Assembly: GCA_014687725.1 (NCBI GenBank)
Contig: GCA_014687725.1_4094.1
Origin: a phage
DNA: 64,000 bases
Strand: one strand, 5' to 3'
Shown here: positions 1 to 7,848 of the stretch, in pieces
Numbering within the stretch: the first letter of the stretch is position 1
Layout: each line of letters starts with the position of its first letter
Notes under the pieces: generated by a model
The model's database searches: none
What the model was told of the DNA's origin: nothing
What the model saw: the letters and a program-made list of their open reading frames with translations, nothing else
Translations under genes and position numbers: made by a program

Positions 1-1
1 A

Positions 2-190
2 GCACTGGTTAAATCTATGCGGGAACATGCCGACAAAATCGGCGTACAAGATCCAGCCGTTTGCTTCTGCGACGAATTGAATGATGATACCCTGGTAATA
101 GCAGAAGTCCAGGACGTTTCTAACTATTCCTCGCGTTACACTGGCGGCGTAGCAAATAAAGGTGACTTCTGTTTATACCTTACAAAATAA
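2..190 (+). CDS. hypothetical protein, C-terminal fragment (5' end outside window)
   Basis: Frame open from window edge to TAA 188-190, followed directly by a terminator hairpin; not in ORF track because no start codon in window. Confidence 0.4.
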   Translation, partial: ALVKSMREHADKIGVQDPAVCFCDELNDDTLVIAEVQDVSNYSSRYTGGVANKGDFCLYLTK

Positions 191-192
191 CA

Positions 193-226
193 ACGCGGGG
201 AGATAATAACTCCCCGTTACTTTTTC
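193..226 (+). terminator. rho-independent terminator
   Basis: GC stem ACGCGGGGAG/CTCCCCGT with 7-nt loop followed by T-run, right after stop codon. Confidence 0.6.
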
Positions 227-356
227 AGTACTGAATCATTTAATAGACGGATCTCGGCACCCGGTGGGTTAGTGACTGTTTCGTCTTGATGTAGTAATTA
301 TGCCAGTACTGGATGCACTTGTCAACAACTATTTTTCAAATACTTTTTATTAAAAT

Positions 357-412
357 ACTTGCAATTAGTTTTTAAACGCGTATAATGTTTTGCATAGGGG
401 GAGCGGTTCCCC
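357..412 (+). promoter_or_regulatory. class I early promoter + 5'UTR stem-loop cassette (PeSL-like)
   Basis: -35-like ACTTGCA 357-363, TATAAT 381-386, conserved TTTTGCAT, hairpin GGGGGAGCGGTTCCCC 397-412, then SD AAGGA. Confidence 0.6.
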
Positions 413-433
413 TGGTAACTAAGGAATAAGAAA

Positions 434-670
434 ATGGTCGAACAAATCAAATCAACGTCTTCGAATGTAACGGGAACGGTAGCACACTTTACTAGTGATG
501 AATCGCGGGGCGTTCCCTATTGTGCTGTACATGTAAACACTGAGGGTAACTACTGGTTTACGGTTTACGGATCATATTCATTTGGACGGCCAGGGCATCA
601 AAAAATTCTGGATAAAGTACAACCAACGGGTAAAAATATCACTGCCGAAATGTTTTATAAAAAATCATAA
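434..670 (+). CDS. hypothetical small protein (78 aa)
   Basis: ATG with SD AAGGA upstream; follows class I cassette. Confidence 0.7.
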   Translation: MVEQIKSTSSNVTGTVAHFTSDESRGVPYCAVHVNTEGNYWFTVYGSYSFGRPGHQKILDKVQPTGKNITAEMFYKKS

Positions 671-673
671 AGT

Positions 674-734
674 ACTTGATAATAGTTTTTAGTACTGTAT
701 AATATTTTACATCGCAAGGGGGAGCGGTTCCCCC
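674..734 (+). promoter_or_regulatory. class I early promoter + 5'UTR stem-loop cassette
   Basis: TTGATA 676-681, TATAAT 698-703, hairpin GGGGGAGCGGTTCCCCC 718-734. Confidence 0.6.
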
Positions 735-754
735 TGGTAACTAAGGATAATCAA

Positions 755-1054
755 ATGAAAATTGCAATCATCGCCCTGGCTTTATCTGTTTCCTCTTTCG
801 CTGTTAATGCGTCATTAGATGTAAGTAGTGAAAAATTCATTCAGTGCACTGTTGCAATGACCGATGAAAGTACTGGCGAGATTGTTTTAAAGGATTTAGA
901 GATCCAGCCAGAAGCATTTAAAAACGGGCCGTTCCATGAAGAAGACGAAAAAGGTAGCACGACAATTTATTACGATGCAAGTACTAAACGCGGTTCGGTC
1001 ACTGTTATGGATACTGAGAAAGTTACATTCACTGGCGTAATTAATTGTTTATAA
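755..1054 (+). CDS. small secreted/periplasmic protein (predicted signal peptide)
   Basis: N-terminus MKIAIIALALSVSSFAVNA = hydrophobic core + AxA-type cleavage motif; SD AAGGA. Confidence 0.7.
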   Translation: MKIAIIALALSVSSFAVNASLDVSSEKFIQCTVAMTDESTGEIVLKDLEIQPEAFKNGPFHEEDEKGSTTIYYDASTKRGSVTVMDTEKVTFTGVINCL

Positions 1055-1071
1055 TATAGTACTGAATCACT

Positions 1072-1100
1072 AGCCCACTATAAGAAGTGGGCTTTTTTTA
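1072..1100 (+). terminator. rho-independent terminator
   Basis: stem AGCCCACT/AGTGGGCT followed by T7 run. Confidence 0.8.
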
Positions 1101-1150
1101 TTGTAGTATTGTAGTACTGGTATACTTTGAAAATAGTTTTAAAAAAGTAG

Positions 1151-1178
1151 TTGACATTACCAGGGAAAAGCGTAGAAT
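1151..1178 (+). promoter_or_regulatory. sigma70-like promoter with ~115-nt leader
   Basis: TTGACA 1151-1156, 16-nt spacer, TAGAAT 1173-1178. Confidence 0.5.
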
Positions 1179-1292
1179 GTATTACATCAAGACGGGGAAC
1201 ACTAAGTAGACCGCCAGTAAGTCGAATGAAAAACTGGACACGTCAAACAAACTTTGATAAACTAACTTAAACTTTAATTGAGGATTTATAAA

Positions 1293-1775
1293 ATGGCTAA
1301 TGTAAAATCATTTCTGAAAGCACTGATTTCTAACGATACTGTTATTGCTGCTGAATTGCTGGCTGACCTGGATAATGATACCATGAAAGCAGTACGCAAC
1401 AATTTTAACATTGCTTACAGTGAAGCGAAAGAACTACAAGCCAAAAAGGTAGCAGAACTGGAAGAACAGAAAAAAGCCCGTGAAGCAGAACTGCAAGCAA
1501 CAATAGAAAGTATTCAGGCGGCGGTGTCTGGTTTAGATCTGGAAGTGGTTATTGAAATGGCACATAAAGCCCTGGCGGTTAAGTACGGTGAAGATAAGCC
1601 GGAATCTAAGCCTAAAAAATGGATTCAAGAACGTGTTACGGTTGTCCTTGATAACGGGGAAGAACATTTGATTCCTGTACGCGGTAACTGCATTGCGGTA
1701 GTACTGGATGCAATCAAAGAAAGCGGTATGACTCGCGAGGAATGGATCGAAGCTCACCGCAAAGTTGAAGCATAA
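1293..1775 (+). CDS. hypothetical protein (160 aa)
   Basis: ATG 1293 with SD GAGGA 8 nt upstream; track ORF began at in-frame TTG 1278. Confidence 0.75.
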   Translation: MANVKSFLKALISNDTVIAAELLADLDNDTMKAVRNNFNIAYSEAKELQAKKVAELEEQKKAREAELQATIESIQAAVSGLDLEVVIEMAHKALAVKYGEDKPESKPKKWIQERVTVVLDNGEEHLIPVRGNCIAVVLDAIKESGMTREEWIEAHRKVEA

Positions 1776-1796
1776 CAATTAAAGTACTGAATCACT

Positions 1797-1823
1797 AGCC
1801 CACTGTATAAGTGGGCTTTTTTG
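1797..1823 (+). terminator. rho-independent terminator
   Basis: stem AGCCCACT/AGTGGGCT + T-run; near-identical to terminator at 1072-1100. Confidence 0.8.
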
Positions 1824-1839
1824 TGTTTATCGTTTACCA

Positions 1840-1912
1840 GGCCACCAGCACCGCCTAGAATCGATTCTAACGCATTAAACTGATTATCTGATGCATCGCC
1901 CTAGCTGGTGGC
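1840..1912. repeat. inverted-repeat element with opposed Chi octamers flanking a perfect 14-bp palindrome
   Basis: CCACCAGC 1842-1849, palindrome TAGAATCGATTCTA 1856-1869, GCTGGTGG 1904-1911. Confidence 0.5.
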
Positions 1913-1975
1913 GTTAAGGTCGTTAGAATGCGATTGAGGACGTTTAAAGTATTTTGCAAAAAGTAATAAAAAGTA

Positions 1976-2036
1976 CTTGCACGATTAAGAGATTAGCGTA
2001 TAATGTTTTACATCGAGAGGGGGAAACGGTTCTCCT
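1976..2036 (+). promoter_or_regulatory. class I early promoter + 5'UTR stem-loop cassette
   Basis: -35-like TTGCAC 1977-1982, TATAAT 1999-2004, GGGGGAAACGGTTCTCC hairpin in leader. Confidence 0.55.
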
Positions 2037-2059
2037 TCCAAATCAAAGGAATCAAAACA

Positions 2060-2287
2060 ATGGCTATCGTAATCGCTTATGTAACTGGTACTACTGGCAC
2101 TTCTTCTACTGTTGCTGTAATTACCAACAAGAAAGGTGCGGAATTACATTCTGCAATGGATACCTGGGCGGTAAATGAGTTCGGTCAGTGGGCAAGTGTA
2201 GCATATGTTGAAACCTATCAAGTGCCAACCATTAGCTTAACGGATCTCGGTGTAGATCGTATCCTTTGCCTGGATGAATTAAATTAA
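2060..2287 (+). CDS. hypothetical small protein (75 aa)
   Basis: ATG 2060 with SD AAAGGA; track ORF start 2003 lies in promoter -10/leader. Confidence 0.7.
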   Translation: MAIVIAYVTGTTGTSSTVAVITNKKGAELHSAMDTWAVNEFGQWASVAYVETYQVPTISLTDLGVDRILCLDELN

Positions 2288-2373
2288 AAAAGTACTTGCA
2301 AAGTAAATCAGATAAAGTATAATACATTACATCAAGGGGAGAAATGGTTCTCCCTGATAATGAGGAAACTAAT

Positions 2374-2517
2374 ATGAAAACTTGTCAATGTGGTAAAAAA
2401 TCTATTACTGGTTTAAAGCGGGGCGTTGCTCTTTGCCAGTACCATTATAATTTACAAGTATGGGGTAAAGAATGGGCCGACCAGGTGGAAGCAGCAAAGA
2501 AAGCAAAAAGTAAGTAA
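2374..2517 (+). CDS. Cys-rich small protein (47 aa)
   Basis: ATG with SD GAGGAA behind class I cassette; C-x-C...C-x2-H pattern; below track size cut-off. Confidence 0.55.
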   Translation: MKTCQCGKKSITGLKRGVALCQYHYNLQVWGKEWADQVEAAKKAKSK

Positions 2518-2528
2518 AATTATTATCA

Positions 2529-2566
2529 CAGTACTATTGACATAGATTGATAGTACTGGCATAATA
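2529..2566 (+). promoter_or_regulatory. class II promoter with palindromic -35 region
   Basis: TTGACA 2537-2542, 17-nt spacer, CATAAT 2560-2565; -35 embedded in near-palindrome CAGTACTATTGA..TGATAGTACTG. Confidence 0.55.
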
Positions 2567-2598
2567 GATTTTATCAAGACAACTAAGAGGAAACAATA

Positions 2599-2811
2599 AT
2601 GGCTATCATCACAAAAATCAAAGTAAACAAATCACTGGTTAAGCTGGAAGAAGTGAAAGAAGGTTATAAAGTATCGTGGTGCGGCATGTATCGGATTTTT
2701 ACAGATGTTGACGATGCAATCAATTACTACACTGACACGGTAAAAAACTTTGTTCGTGCTGATGTGGTTATGGCAGTGGCAACACACAAAGCATCGAAAG
2801 AAAGTAAGTAA
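2599..2811 (+). CDS. hypothetical small protein (70 aa)
   Basis: ATG with SD AGAGGAA. Confidence 0.7.
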   Translation: MAIITKIKVNKSLVKLEEVKEGYKVSWCGMYRIFTDVDDAINYYTDTVKNFVRADVVMAVATHKASKESK

Positions 2812-2822
2812 AAATATTATCA

Positions 2823-2860
2823 CAGTACTATTGACATAGTTTGATAGTACTGGCATAATA
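2823..2860 (+). promoter_or_regulatory. class II promoter (duplicate of 2529-2566 block)
   Basis: TTGACA 2831-2836, CATAAT 2854-2859; ~80-nt block incl. leader nearly identical to 2508-2590. Confidence 0.55.
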
Positions 2861-2892
2861 GATTTTATCAAGACAACTAAGAGGAAATTAAA

Positions 2893-3237
2893 ATGGCTAA
2901 TATCAACACTATCGCAAAACAAAATATCAACCTGTCTTCTGTTGAAGTTGTACATATTGCCGCTCGGCGTTGGTTCCAGGCTTCATATGGTAACACTTAT
3001 TTCTCTTTAAGTGTAGACGTAGAAATTGATGGTAATTTTATTGAAGTAGTAAACGTGCCGTTCCAATATGGATACGGGGATCACTTTGACACTGTAGCAA
3101 TGGAAGAATTTAGCAAGGTTATTAATATGGAAGATAAAGAGTTTTTACGCGGTTCTTATCTTTCCCGTTTTTGCCGTGACAATAATATCACTGTTTACAG
3201 TTCGGTAACTGATGTTAAACGCAAAAAAGATCTTTAA
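2893..3237 (+). CDS. hypothetical protein (114 aa)
   Basis: ATG with SD AGAGGAA. Confidence 0.7.
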   Translation: MANINTIAKQNINLSSVEVVHIAARRWFQASYGNTYFSLSVDVEIDGNFIEVVNVPFQYGYGDHFDTVAMEEFSKVINMEDKEFLRGSYLSRFCRDNNITVYSSVTDVKRKKDL

Positions 3238-3317
3238 TTAGCTTTACTTTATGCAGATACTTTGATATAGTGTCTGCATAGGGGAAAGAAATTAAATTAA
3301 CTTAAGAGGATAGTATA

Positions 3318-3587
3318 ATGAAAAATATCAGTACTTTAATTGATGCAGGTACACATGTTCGGCGGTCTATGGTTGCAACCAGTACTACAAAACAAGTAGC
3401 GAGCGGTTATCTTGTATTTGTGCACGATGGTAAACTCCTGGAACGTTCAATCAATTTTGATGTTAAAAACAATTGCCGTTTTATTATCTTTAAGCGTGAA
3501 CAATATAAAATTGATTTACCAGCGAAGCCCATAAGCGGGGCGTATAACGTCTATTCATTGTTTGAGCGTCAACCATACACCTATTAA
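3318..3587 (+). CDS. hypothetical protein (89 aa)
   Basis: ATG with SD AAGAGGA. Confidence 0.65.
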   Translation: MKNISTLIDAGTHVRRSMVATSTTKQVASGYLVFVHDGKLLERSINFDVKNNCRFIIFKREQYKIDLPAKPISGAYNVYSLFERQPYTY

Positions 3588-3638
3588 TCAAAACATCGTT
3601 AGCGGTCGATTTAGGCCGCTTATATTGGGGATTATACC

Positions 3639-3911
3639 ATGAACGTTAATCAAGTACTGAATGAGATCGAAAGCATCATTAAACCGATGAAGCGTACTGA
3701 TGCTATGTTAACACCGGAAGAATGCCGCCTTTATGAGCGTTACAGCGTCGAACAAGTCCAGGCAATGGCTATGGCTACGCCAGCCGTTAAACCGCCTGAG
3801 AATGCGTTACAGGACGTTACAGGGGATTATATCATCAATCCAGTACTAGGGAAGATGGCTGCAATCACCGAAGATCAACAAGACTACTTAAGCCAGTACT
3901 TAAAAGGTTAA
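3639..3911 (+). CDS. hypothetical protein (90 aa)
   Basis: ATG preceded by G-rich SD-like TTGGGGA; hairpin upstream. Confidence 0.65.
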   Translation: MNVNQVLNEIESIIKPMKRTDAMLTPEECRLYERYSVEQVQAMAMATPAVKPPENALQDVTGDYIINPVLGKMAAITEDQQDYLSQYLKG

Positions 3912-3916
3912 TTAAT

Positions 3917-4126
3917 ATGCTTACTGTACAGGATAAGATCGACATCTTAAAGGTTAATATGTATGTGATTGATGCAGTACCTGGTAAAGTATTTGCATAC
4001 GATGACACCACTGTAAGCGATTTCTACTATAGCCAGGACGTGGGGGATCTTTCTGTACAGTCGGTTATTGAAAACGTAGTTAATGCAGCGTATGAGCATT
4101 TACTTTCAAATAGTACTTGCAATTAG
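3917..4126 (+). CDS. hypothetical protein (69 aa)
   Basis: ATG 6 nt after previous stop, SD AAAAGG. Confidence 0.6.
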   Translation: MLTVQDKIDILKVNMYVIDAVPGKVFAYDDTTVSDFYYSQDVGDLSVQSVIENVVNAAYEHLLSNSTCN

Positions 4127-4176
4127 TTTTTAAACGCGTATAATGTTTTACATGAAGGGGAGAAATGATTCTCCCC
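4116..4176 (+). promoter_or_regulatory. class I early promoter + 5'UTR stem-loop cassette
   Basis: TTGCAA 4117-4122, TATAAT 4139-4144, hairpin GGGGAGAAATGATTCTCCCC 4157-4176. Confidence 0.6.
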
Positions 4177-4195
4177 ACTAATTAAGGAATATGAA

Positions 4196-4342
4196 ATGAA
4201 AGCATCAAAAAAGAGTAATACTAAGAAAGCACGTTCACCTTTCGCTGGGGTATTCCCTTTACGTTTCGTTGATGAAGTGGTTTCCTACCCGCCTGGCCTT
4301 ACTCCTGAGATGGTAGAAAGTTTGCGTAAATCTAAAAAATAA
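4196..4342 (+). CDS. basic small protein (48 aa)
   Basis: ATG with SD AAGGAA; below track size cut-off. Confidence 0.55.
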   Translation: MKASKKSNTKKARSPFAGVFPLRFVDEVVSYPPGLTPEMVESLRKSKK

Positions 4343-4344
4343 TA

Positions 4345-4405
4345 CTTGCAATTAGTTTTTAGTACTGTATAATAGTTTACATGAAGGGGAGAAATAGTTC
4401 TCCCC
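4345..4405 (+). promoter_or_regulatory. class I early promoter + 5'UTR stem-loop cassette
   Basis: TTGCAA 4346-4351, TATAAT 4368-4373, hairpin GGGGAGAAATAGTTCTCCCC 4386-4405. Confidence 0.6.
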
Positions 4406-4423
4406 AATAACAGGAGAAACAAA

Positions 4424-4576
4424 ATGAAACAATATAATGCTCGGATGGATGTAACTATCGGTAACGGCAAAGGTCAATTCTCTTTCAGTACTCGCAAAAG
4501 TTATACAGAAAACTTCCTGCGTAATTGTGCACTGACCGCCGCACAAATTAAACATTACTTTCAGGCTAAAAAATGA
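4424..4576 (+). CDS. hypothetical small protein (50 aa)
   Basis: ATG with SD AGGAGA; below track cut-off. Confidence 0.55.
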   Translation: MKQYNARMDVTIGNGKGQFSFSTRKSYTENFLRNCALTAAQIKHYFQAKK

Positions 4577-4662
4577 AATCATTAGCTTATTACAGTTCGG
4601 CCCTGGTCGGTGCATTGATCGCGGCATTGTTAGTAACCTATCTATTCTTTATGGTGATTTAA
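4573..4662 (+). CDS. 29-aa hydrophobic peptide (one predicted TM helix)
   Basis: ATGA overlap with upstream stop; MKSLAYYSSALVGALIAALLVTYLFFMVI. Confidence 0.4.
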   Translation: MKSLAYYSSALVGALIAALLVTYLFFMVI

Positions 4663-4800
4663 ATGAATCCTAACGGTTTAATTTACAGTACTCCTAAAAC
4701 GAAAGCAGATAAAGCGAAAGCACGTAAAGCGAAAGTAAAGGAGTACATCAAGCAAGGCATGACGCGAAAGGCGGCAATTCTAAAAGCTAAAAATAAATGA
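4663..4800 (+). CDS. lysine-rich small protein (45 aa)
   Basis: ATG directly after upstream TAA; followed by R1 terminator. Confidence 0.45.
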   Translation: MNPNGLIYSTPKTKADKAKARKAKVKEYIKQGMTRKAAILKAKNK

Positions 4801-4808
4801 AAAAAAAA

Positions 4809-4895
4809 GTGGTTGACTTCGGTCAGCCATTTTGCTATTATGTATTCATTGAGAGATAGCTCACTAGCCCACAGGGTGCATAAGTGTATCTATTG
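4809..4895 (+). repeat. R1 terminator-promoter cassette, copy A (divergent)
   Basis: hairpin TGGTTGACTTCGGTCAGCCA 4810-4829 + T-run; TTGACT 4813-4818 inside hairpin, 17-nt spacer, TATTAT 4836-4841; 3' box AGCCCACAGGGTGCATAAGTGTATCTATTG. Confidence 0.55.
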
Positions 4896-4944
4896 TATAA
4901 TGATTGAGTACTGAAAACTATTTTAAAGTATTTGATAAAAAGTA

Positions 4945-5004
4945 CTTGCATACTATCTCAATAGGCGTATAATGTTTTACATCGCAAGGGGAAACGGTTT
5001 CCCC
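4945..5004 (+). promoter_or_regulatory. class I early promoter + 5'UTR stem-loop cassette
   Basis: CTTGCA 4945-4950, TATAAT 4968-4973, hairpin GGGGAAACGGTTTCCCC 4988-5004. Confidence 0.6.
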
Positions 5005-5024
5005 TGGTAATAAGGAAACGAATC

Positions 5025-5366
5025 ATGACTATTGCAATTGCTCAATCTAACTTTGAAAACGAAATCATCGCTCAGGCACTGCGTTTAAATGATGGTCGGG
5101 CCGAAATCAATTACGGTTTCAATAGTGGTGGATGTGAAAAATATCAGTACTTTATAACTGCTGATGGCGGTGTCCTGGGCATCAATACCGTTATTGTAAA
5201 CATTCAGAAAATTAATTTCAATGATCCAGACGATAGCCAGTTTTACATCACGGGCGTAGACGTGAACTATGAGGATGACTCACTAACTGATGATCACACT
5301 GGTGAGAAGTTAGAAAGTGCATACGGTGAAGATGATTATCAGTCCGGTCCAGAAGATTTCGAATAA
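5025..5366 (+). CDS. hypothetical acidic protein (113 aa)
   Basis: ATG with SD AAGGAA. Confidence 0.7.
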   Translation: MTIAIAQSNFENEIIAQALRLNDGRAEINYGFNSGGCEKYQYFITADGGVLGINTVIVNIQKINFNDPDDSQFYITGVDVNYEDDSLTDDHTGEKLESAYGEDDYQSGPEDFE

Positions 5367-5458
5367 TATTAAAAAATAGTTTGACAATAGTTTTTAGTAC
5401 TGTATAATAGTTTACATGAAGGGGAGAAATGATTCTCCCCACTAAGAGGAAAAACAAA

Positions 5459-5671
5459 ATGGCTAATATCCGCACTGTACTGAAAAATGCAAAACAAGTT
5501 TTATTTTCTGATCATGAAAATTTCAACAAGGATATCACAGGTGTTCGGAATATCAAAGATGTAAAAAGTGTTATGGGTATCTATTGCAATATGAAACGTG
5601 TTGGCACGTTCGGCGATAAAGTACTATACCAGGCAGGGGATTACAATTTTACACTGACTATCATTAACTAA
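5459..5671 (+). CDS. hypothetical small protein (70 aa)
   Basis: ATG 5459 with SD AGAGGA; track start 5429 lies inside leader hairpin. Confidence 0.7.
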   Translation: MANIRTVLKNAKQVLFSDHENFNKDITGVRNIKDVKSVMGIYCNMKRVGTFGDKVLYQAGDYNFTLTIIN

Positions 5672-5684
5672 AAATATTATCACA

Positions 5685-5720
5685 GTACTATTGACAACGT
5701 TTGATAGTACTGGCATAATA
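5685..5720 (+). promoter_or_regulatory. class II palindromic promoter
   Basis: TTGACA 5691-5696, CATAAT 5714-5719; CAGTACTATTGACA..TGATAGTACTG. Confidence 0.55.
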
Positions 5721-5762
5721 ACTTTTATCAAGACAACGCATATTAATTTAAGGAATACTAAA

Positions 5763-5942
5763 ATGGCTATTATCGCAAAAACTGAAATCATCGGCCTGGA
5801 TTCTATCATCATGACGTTTGAAGATCAAAAAGGGATGTATGTAGTTTCCTATGGTGATTATGTTCGGGAGTATGAAACGGTAGACGAAGCCTTTGAAAGT
5901 TACATTCGCCAGGTGAATAAAGCATACGACGACTACCGCTAA
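5763..5942 (+). CDS. hypothetical small protein (59 aa)
   Basis: ATG 5763 with SD AAGGAA; track ORF started in promoter. Confidence 0.6.
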   Translation: MAIIAKTEIIGLDSIIMTFEDQKGMYVVSYGDYVREYETVDEAFESYIRQVNKAYDDYR

Positions 5943-5961
5943 AATATATTACCAGTACTAT

Positions 5962-5997
5962 TAAATCTATTGACAATGATTGATAGTACAGTATAAT
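5962..5997 (+). promoter_or_regulatory. class II palindromic promoter
   Basis: TTGACA 5970-5975, TATAAT 5992-5997. Confidence 0.5.
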
Positions 5998-6041
5998 AAG
6001 TTTTATAAACAGTAGTTAACTTAACCTAAGAGAGAAACAAA

Positions 6042-6185
6042 ATGATCGCACTGGATTCATTCATCGACGCAGTACTGGCAAAAACTGGCGAGGATCTGAC
6101 CGCAGAACAATACGCGATGATCGAGCAATGCCAGCAAAACGGTAAATCGGTGAAAGATACTGTTAAGATTATCCGCAAGATGTAA
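6042..6185 (+). CDS. hypothetical small protein (47 aa)
   Basis: ATG with SD AAGAGAGA; below track cut-off. Confidence 0.55.
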   Translation: MIALDSFIDAVLAKTGEDLTAEQYAMIEQCQQNGKSVKDTVKIIRKM

Positions 6186-6191
6186 GAATAT

Positions 6192-6220
6192 AGCCCACTG
6201 GTTAACGCTGGTGGGCTTTA
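6192..6220 (+). terminator. terminator-like hairpin containing a Chi octamer
   Basis: stem AGCCCAC/GTGGGCT with 12-nt loop, weak T-tract; GCTGGTGG 6207-6214. Confidence 0.4.
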
Positions 6221-6290
6221 ATCATTTACCCTATACAATGCCAGTACTAAACCGTTTAACTCGTTAGAATGCATTACAGGACGTTTAACA

Positions 6291-6488
6291 ATGATTAGCA
6301 TGAAATCAGTACAAAAACAAATTGATACATTATCAAAAATTAAACGTAAACAATACTCATTAGAATATACAATCAATGGTAACTATCATCTAATGAAAGA
6401 GAATAATTTCATAGTCATTGATGAATCATTGCAAGTTATTAGTATAGTACTGAAAGCATTAATCAATGACAGAAAAAAGTTAAAATAA
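6291..6488 (+). CDS. hypothetical small protein (65 aa), weak
   Basis: Track ORF; poor SD, very AT-rich. Confidence 0.35.
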   Translation: MISMKSVQKQIDTLSKIKRKQYSLEYTINGNYHLMKENNFIVIDESLQVISIVLKALINDRKKLK

Positions 6489-6492
6489 TCTA

Positions 6493-6521
6493 TTGACAAA
6501 TTATGCCAGTACTGGCATAAT
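6493..6521 (+). promoter_or_regulatory. class II-type promoter
   Basis: TTGACA 6493-6498, 17-nt spacer, CATAAT 6516-6521. Confidence 0.55.
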
Positions 6522-6583
6522 ACTTACATCAAGACGAGAACGTCACTAACCCATAGGGTGCACAAATGTAGCTGTCTAATATT

Positions 6584-6614
6584 GATCAAAAAATGATCTG
6601 ATCAATACTTGATC
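6584..6614. promoter_or_regulatory. GATC cluster within repeated TGATCA motifs (4 GATC in 31 bp)
   Basis: GATC at 6584, 6595, 6600, 6611; sits in a 330-bp gene-free region. Confidence 0.5.
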
Positions 6615-6819
6615 AATTTGCGTAAAGTAGTATAATTCTATGCAGTTGGTTAGACGAAAGGTTATGATTAGTAGTGGAAGTGTATAAAAATTTTCATGGT
6701 GTGGTGATCCGCACATATGGGGATGAATATGTCGTGTCGTATGGATTGGAAAAAGTAAGAACAAGTAATATACTTGTCGCGTTACAGTACTATAGTATTT
6801 TTATAATGAGGTTAAAATA

Positions 6820-7077
6820 ATGGCTGTAGGATTCACGAAAGATGGGGCCGAGCAAGACGAGATTAACGCAGTGATTCAGGCCGCTGTTAACCACGCTAGA
6901 ACGCAAATTAACGCACAAATAGAATCACTGATACATTGCCTCGACTGCGGCGATATAATCCCTGAGAAACGACGCCAGGCCGTTAAGGGATGTAAGTACT
7001 GCATAACTTGCCAGGAGGATCATGATAGTACTTTTAAACGTCCCCCGCGTAATTGTTGGCATAGATCTATGAGATAA
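6820..7077 (+). CDS. DksA/TraR-family C4 zinc-finger protein
   Basis: CLDCGDIIPEKRRQAVKGCKYC matches the TraR/DksA zinc-finger signature (CxxC...GxxIPxxRRxA...CxxC). Confidence 0.75.
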   Translation: MAVGFTKDGAEQDEINAVIQAAVNHARTQINAQIESLIHCLDCGDIIPEKRRQAVKGCKYCITCQEDHDSTFKRPPRNCWHRSMR

Positions 7078-7083
7078 AAAGTA

Positions 7084-7111
7084 TTGACAGTACTGAAAGA
7101 TAGTGTATAAT
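7084..7111 (+). promoter_or_regulatory. sigma70-like promoter
   Basis: TTGACA 7084-7089, 16-nt spacer, TATAAT 7106-7111. Confidence 0.5.
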
Positions 7112-7140
7112 ATTTTATATCTTAACTGAGGATTGAAATC

Positions 7141-7497
7141 ATGGGAATACAACATATCACGCGTACTACTGACAATGGCGAGATCACTGGCTATCAAGTA
7201 CAGGGCAAAGTAGCACAATTGCAGTACTGGTTTGTTAAACGTGGAATCATTGCACCGGATCTTGATTATGACCGTGTAGCGTTTATTGATTCTCTTTATG
7301 TTGATCCTGATAGTCGGGGCAATGGTGAAGGTAACGAATTAATGAATGCCTTTATTGATGCCGCCGATGATTCAGATTGTATCATTTTAGAATGCGATAC
7401 GGGAGAAGATAACGCCTTTAATCTTAAAGAATGGTACGAAGGTTTCGGATTCGAGGTACTGATCGATAGTGAATATCCTATCATGATTTTATCATAG
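7141..7497 (+). CDS. GNAT-family acetyltransferase-like protein (118 aa)
   Basis: VDPDSRGNGEGNELMNAF resembles the acetyl-CoA-binding R/QxxGxG/A loop; family call tentative. Confidence 0.6.
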   Translation: MGIQHITRTTDNGEITGYQVQGKVAQLQYWFVKRGIIAPDLDYDRVAFIDSLYVDPDSRGNGEGNELMNAFIDAADDSDCIILECDTGEDNAFNLKEWYEGFGFEVLIDSEYPIMILS

Positions 7498-7575
7498 TAC
7501 TTGCATTTAGTTTTCAGTACTGTTATAGTACTTACATCAAGGGGAAACATCTTCCCCTACTAAGAGGAAATAAAA

Positions 7576-7764
7576 ATGGAAAACTTATCAAGTATTTTAG
7601 TACAAGATGATTTCGGTAATCCTGGAAGTGCTATCATTGTTCGGGGTAATAAAGCAACATTTGTTATTGCTGGTGGACCTGTACAGCGTAGCATTAAAAA
7701 TAATGCTGTTACCATTAATAATGTACGCTATCGCTTAGATAAAGAATTGATTCATAAACTTTAA
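7576..7764 (+). CDS. hypothetical small protein (62 aa)
   Basis: ATG with SD AAGAGGAA behind class I cassette. Confidence 0.65.
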   Translation: MENLSSILVQDDFGNPGSAIIVRGNKATFVIAGGPVQRSIKNNAVTINNVRYRLDKELIHKL

Positions 7765-7848
7765 AAAGTATTTGACAATAGATTATAGTACTGTATAATA
7801 AGTTACATGAAGGGGTGAAATGATTCTCCCCACTAAGAGGAAAGAAAA

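Noticed and set aside
1954-2178. Track ORFs 1954-2178 and the upstream part of 2003-2287 (and the analogous 11910, 5429, 9401, 14653 starts)
   Set aside because: They begin inside promoter -10 elements or leader hairpins; recurring 'protein' segments such as MFYIERGK are just the translation of the conserved cassette
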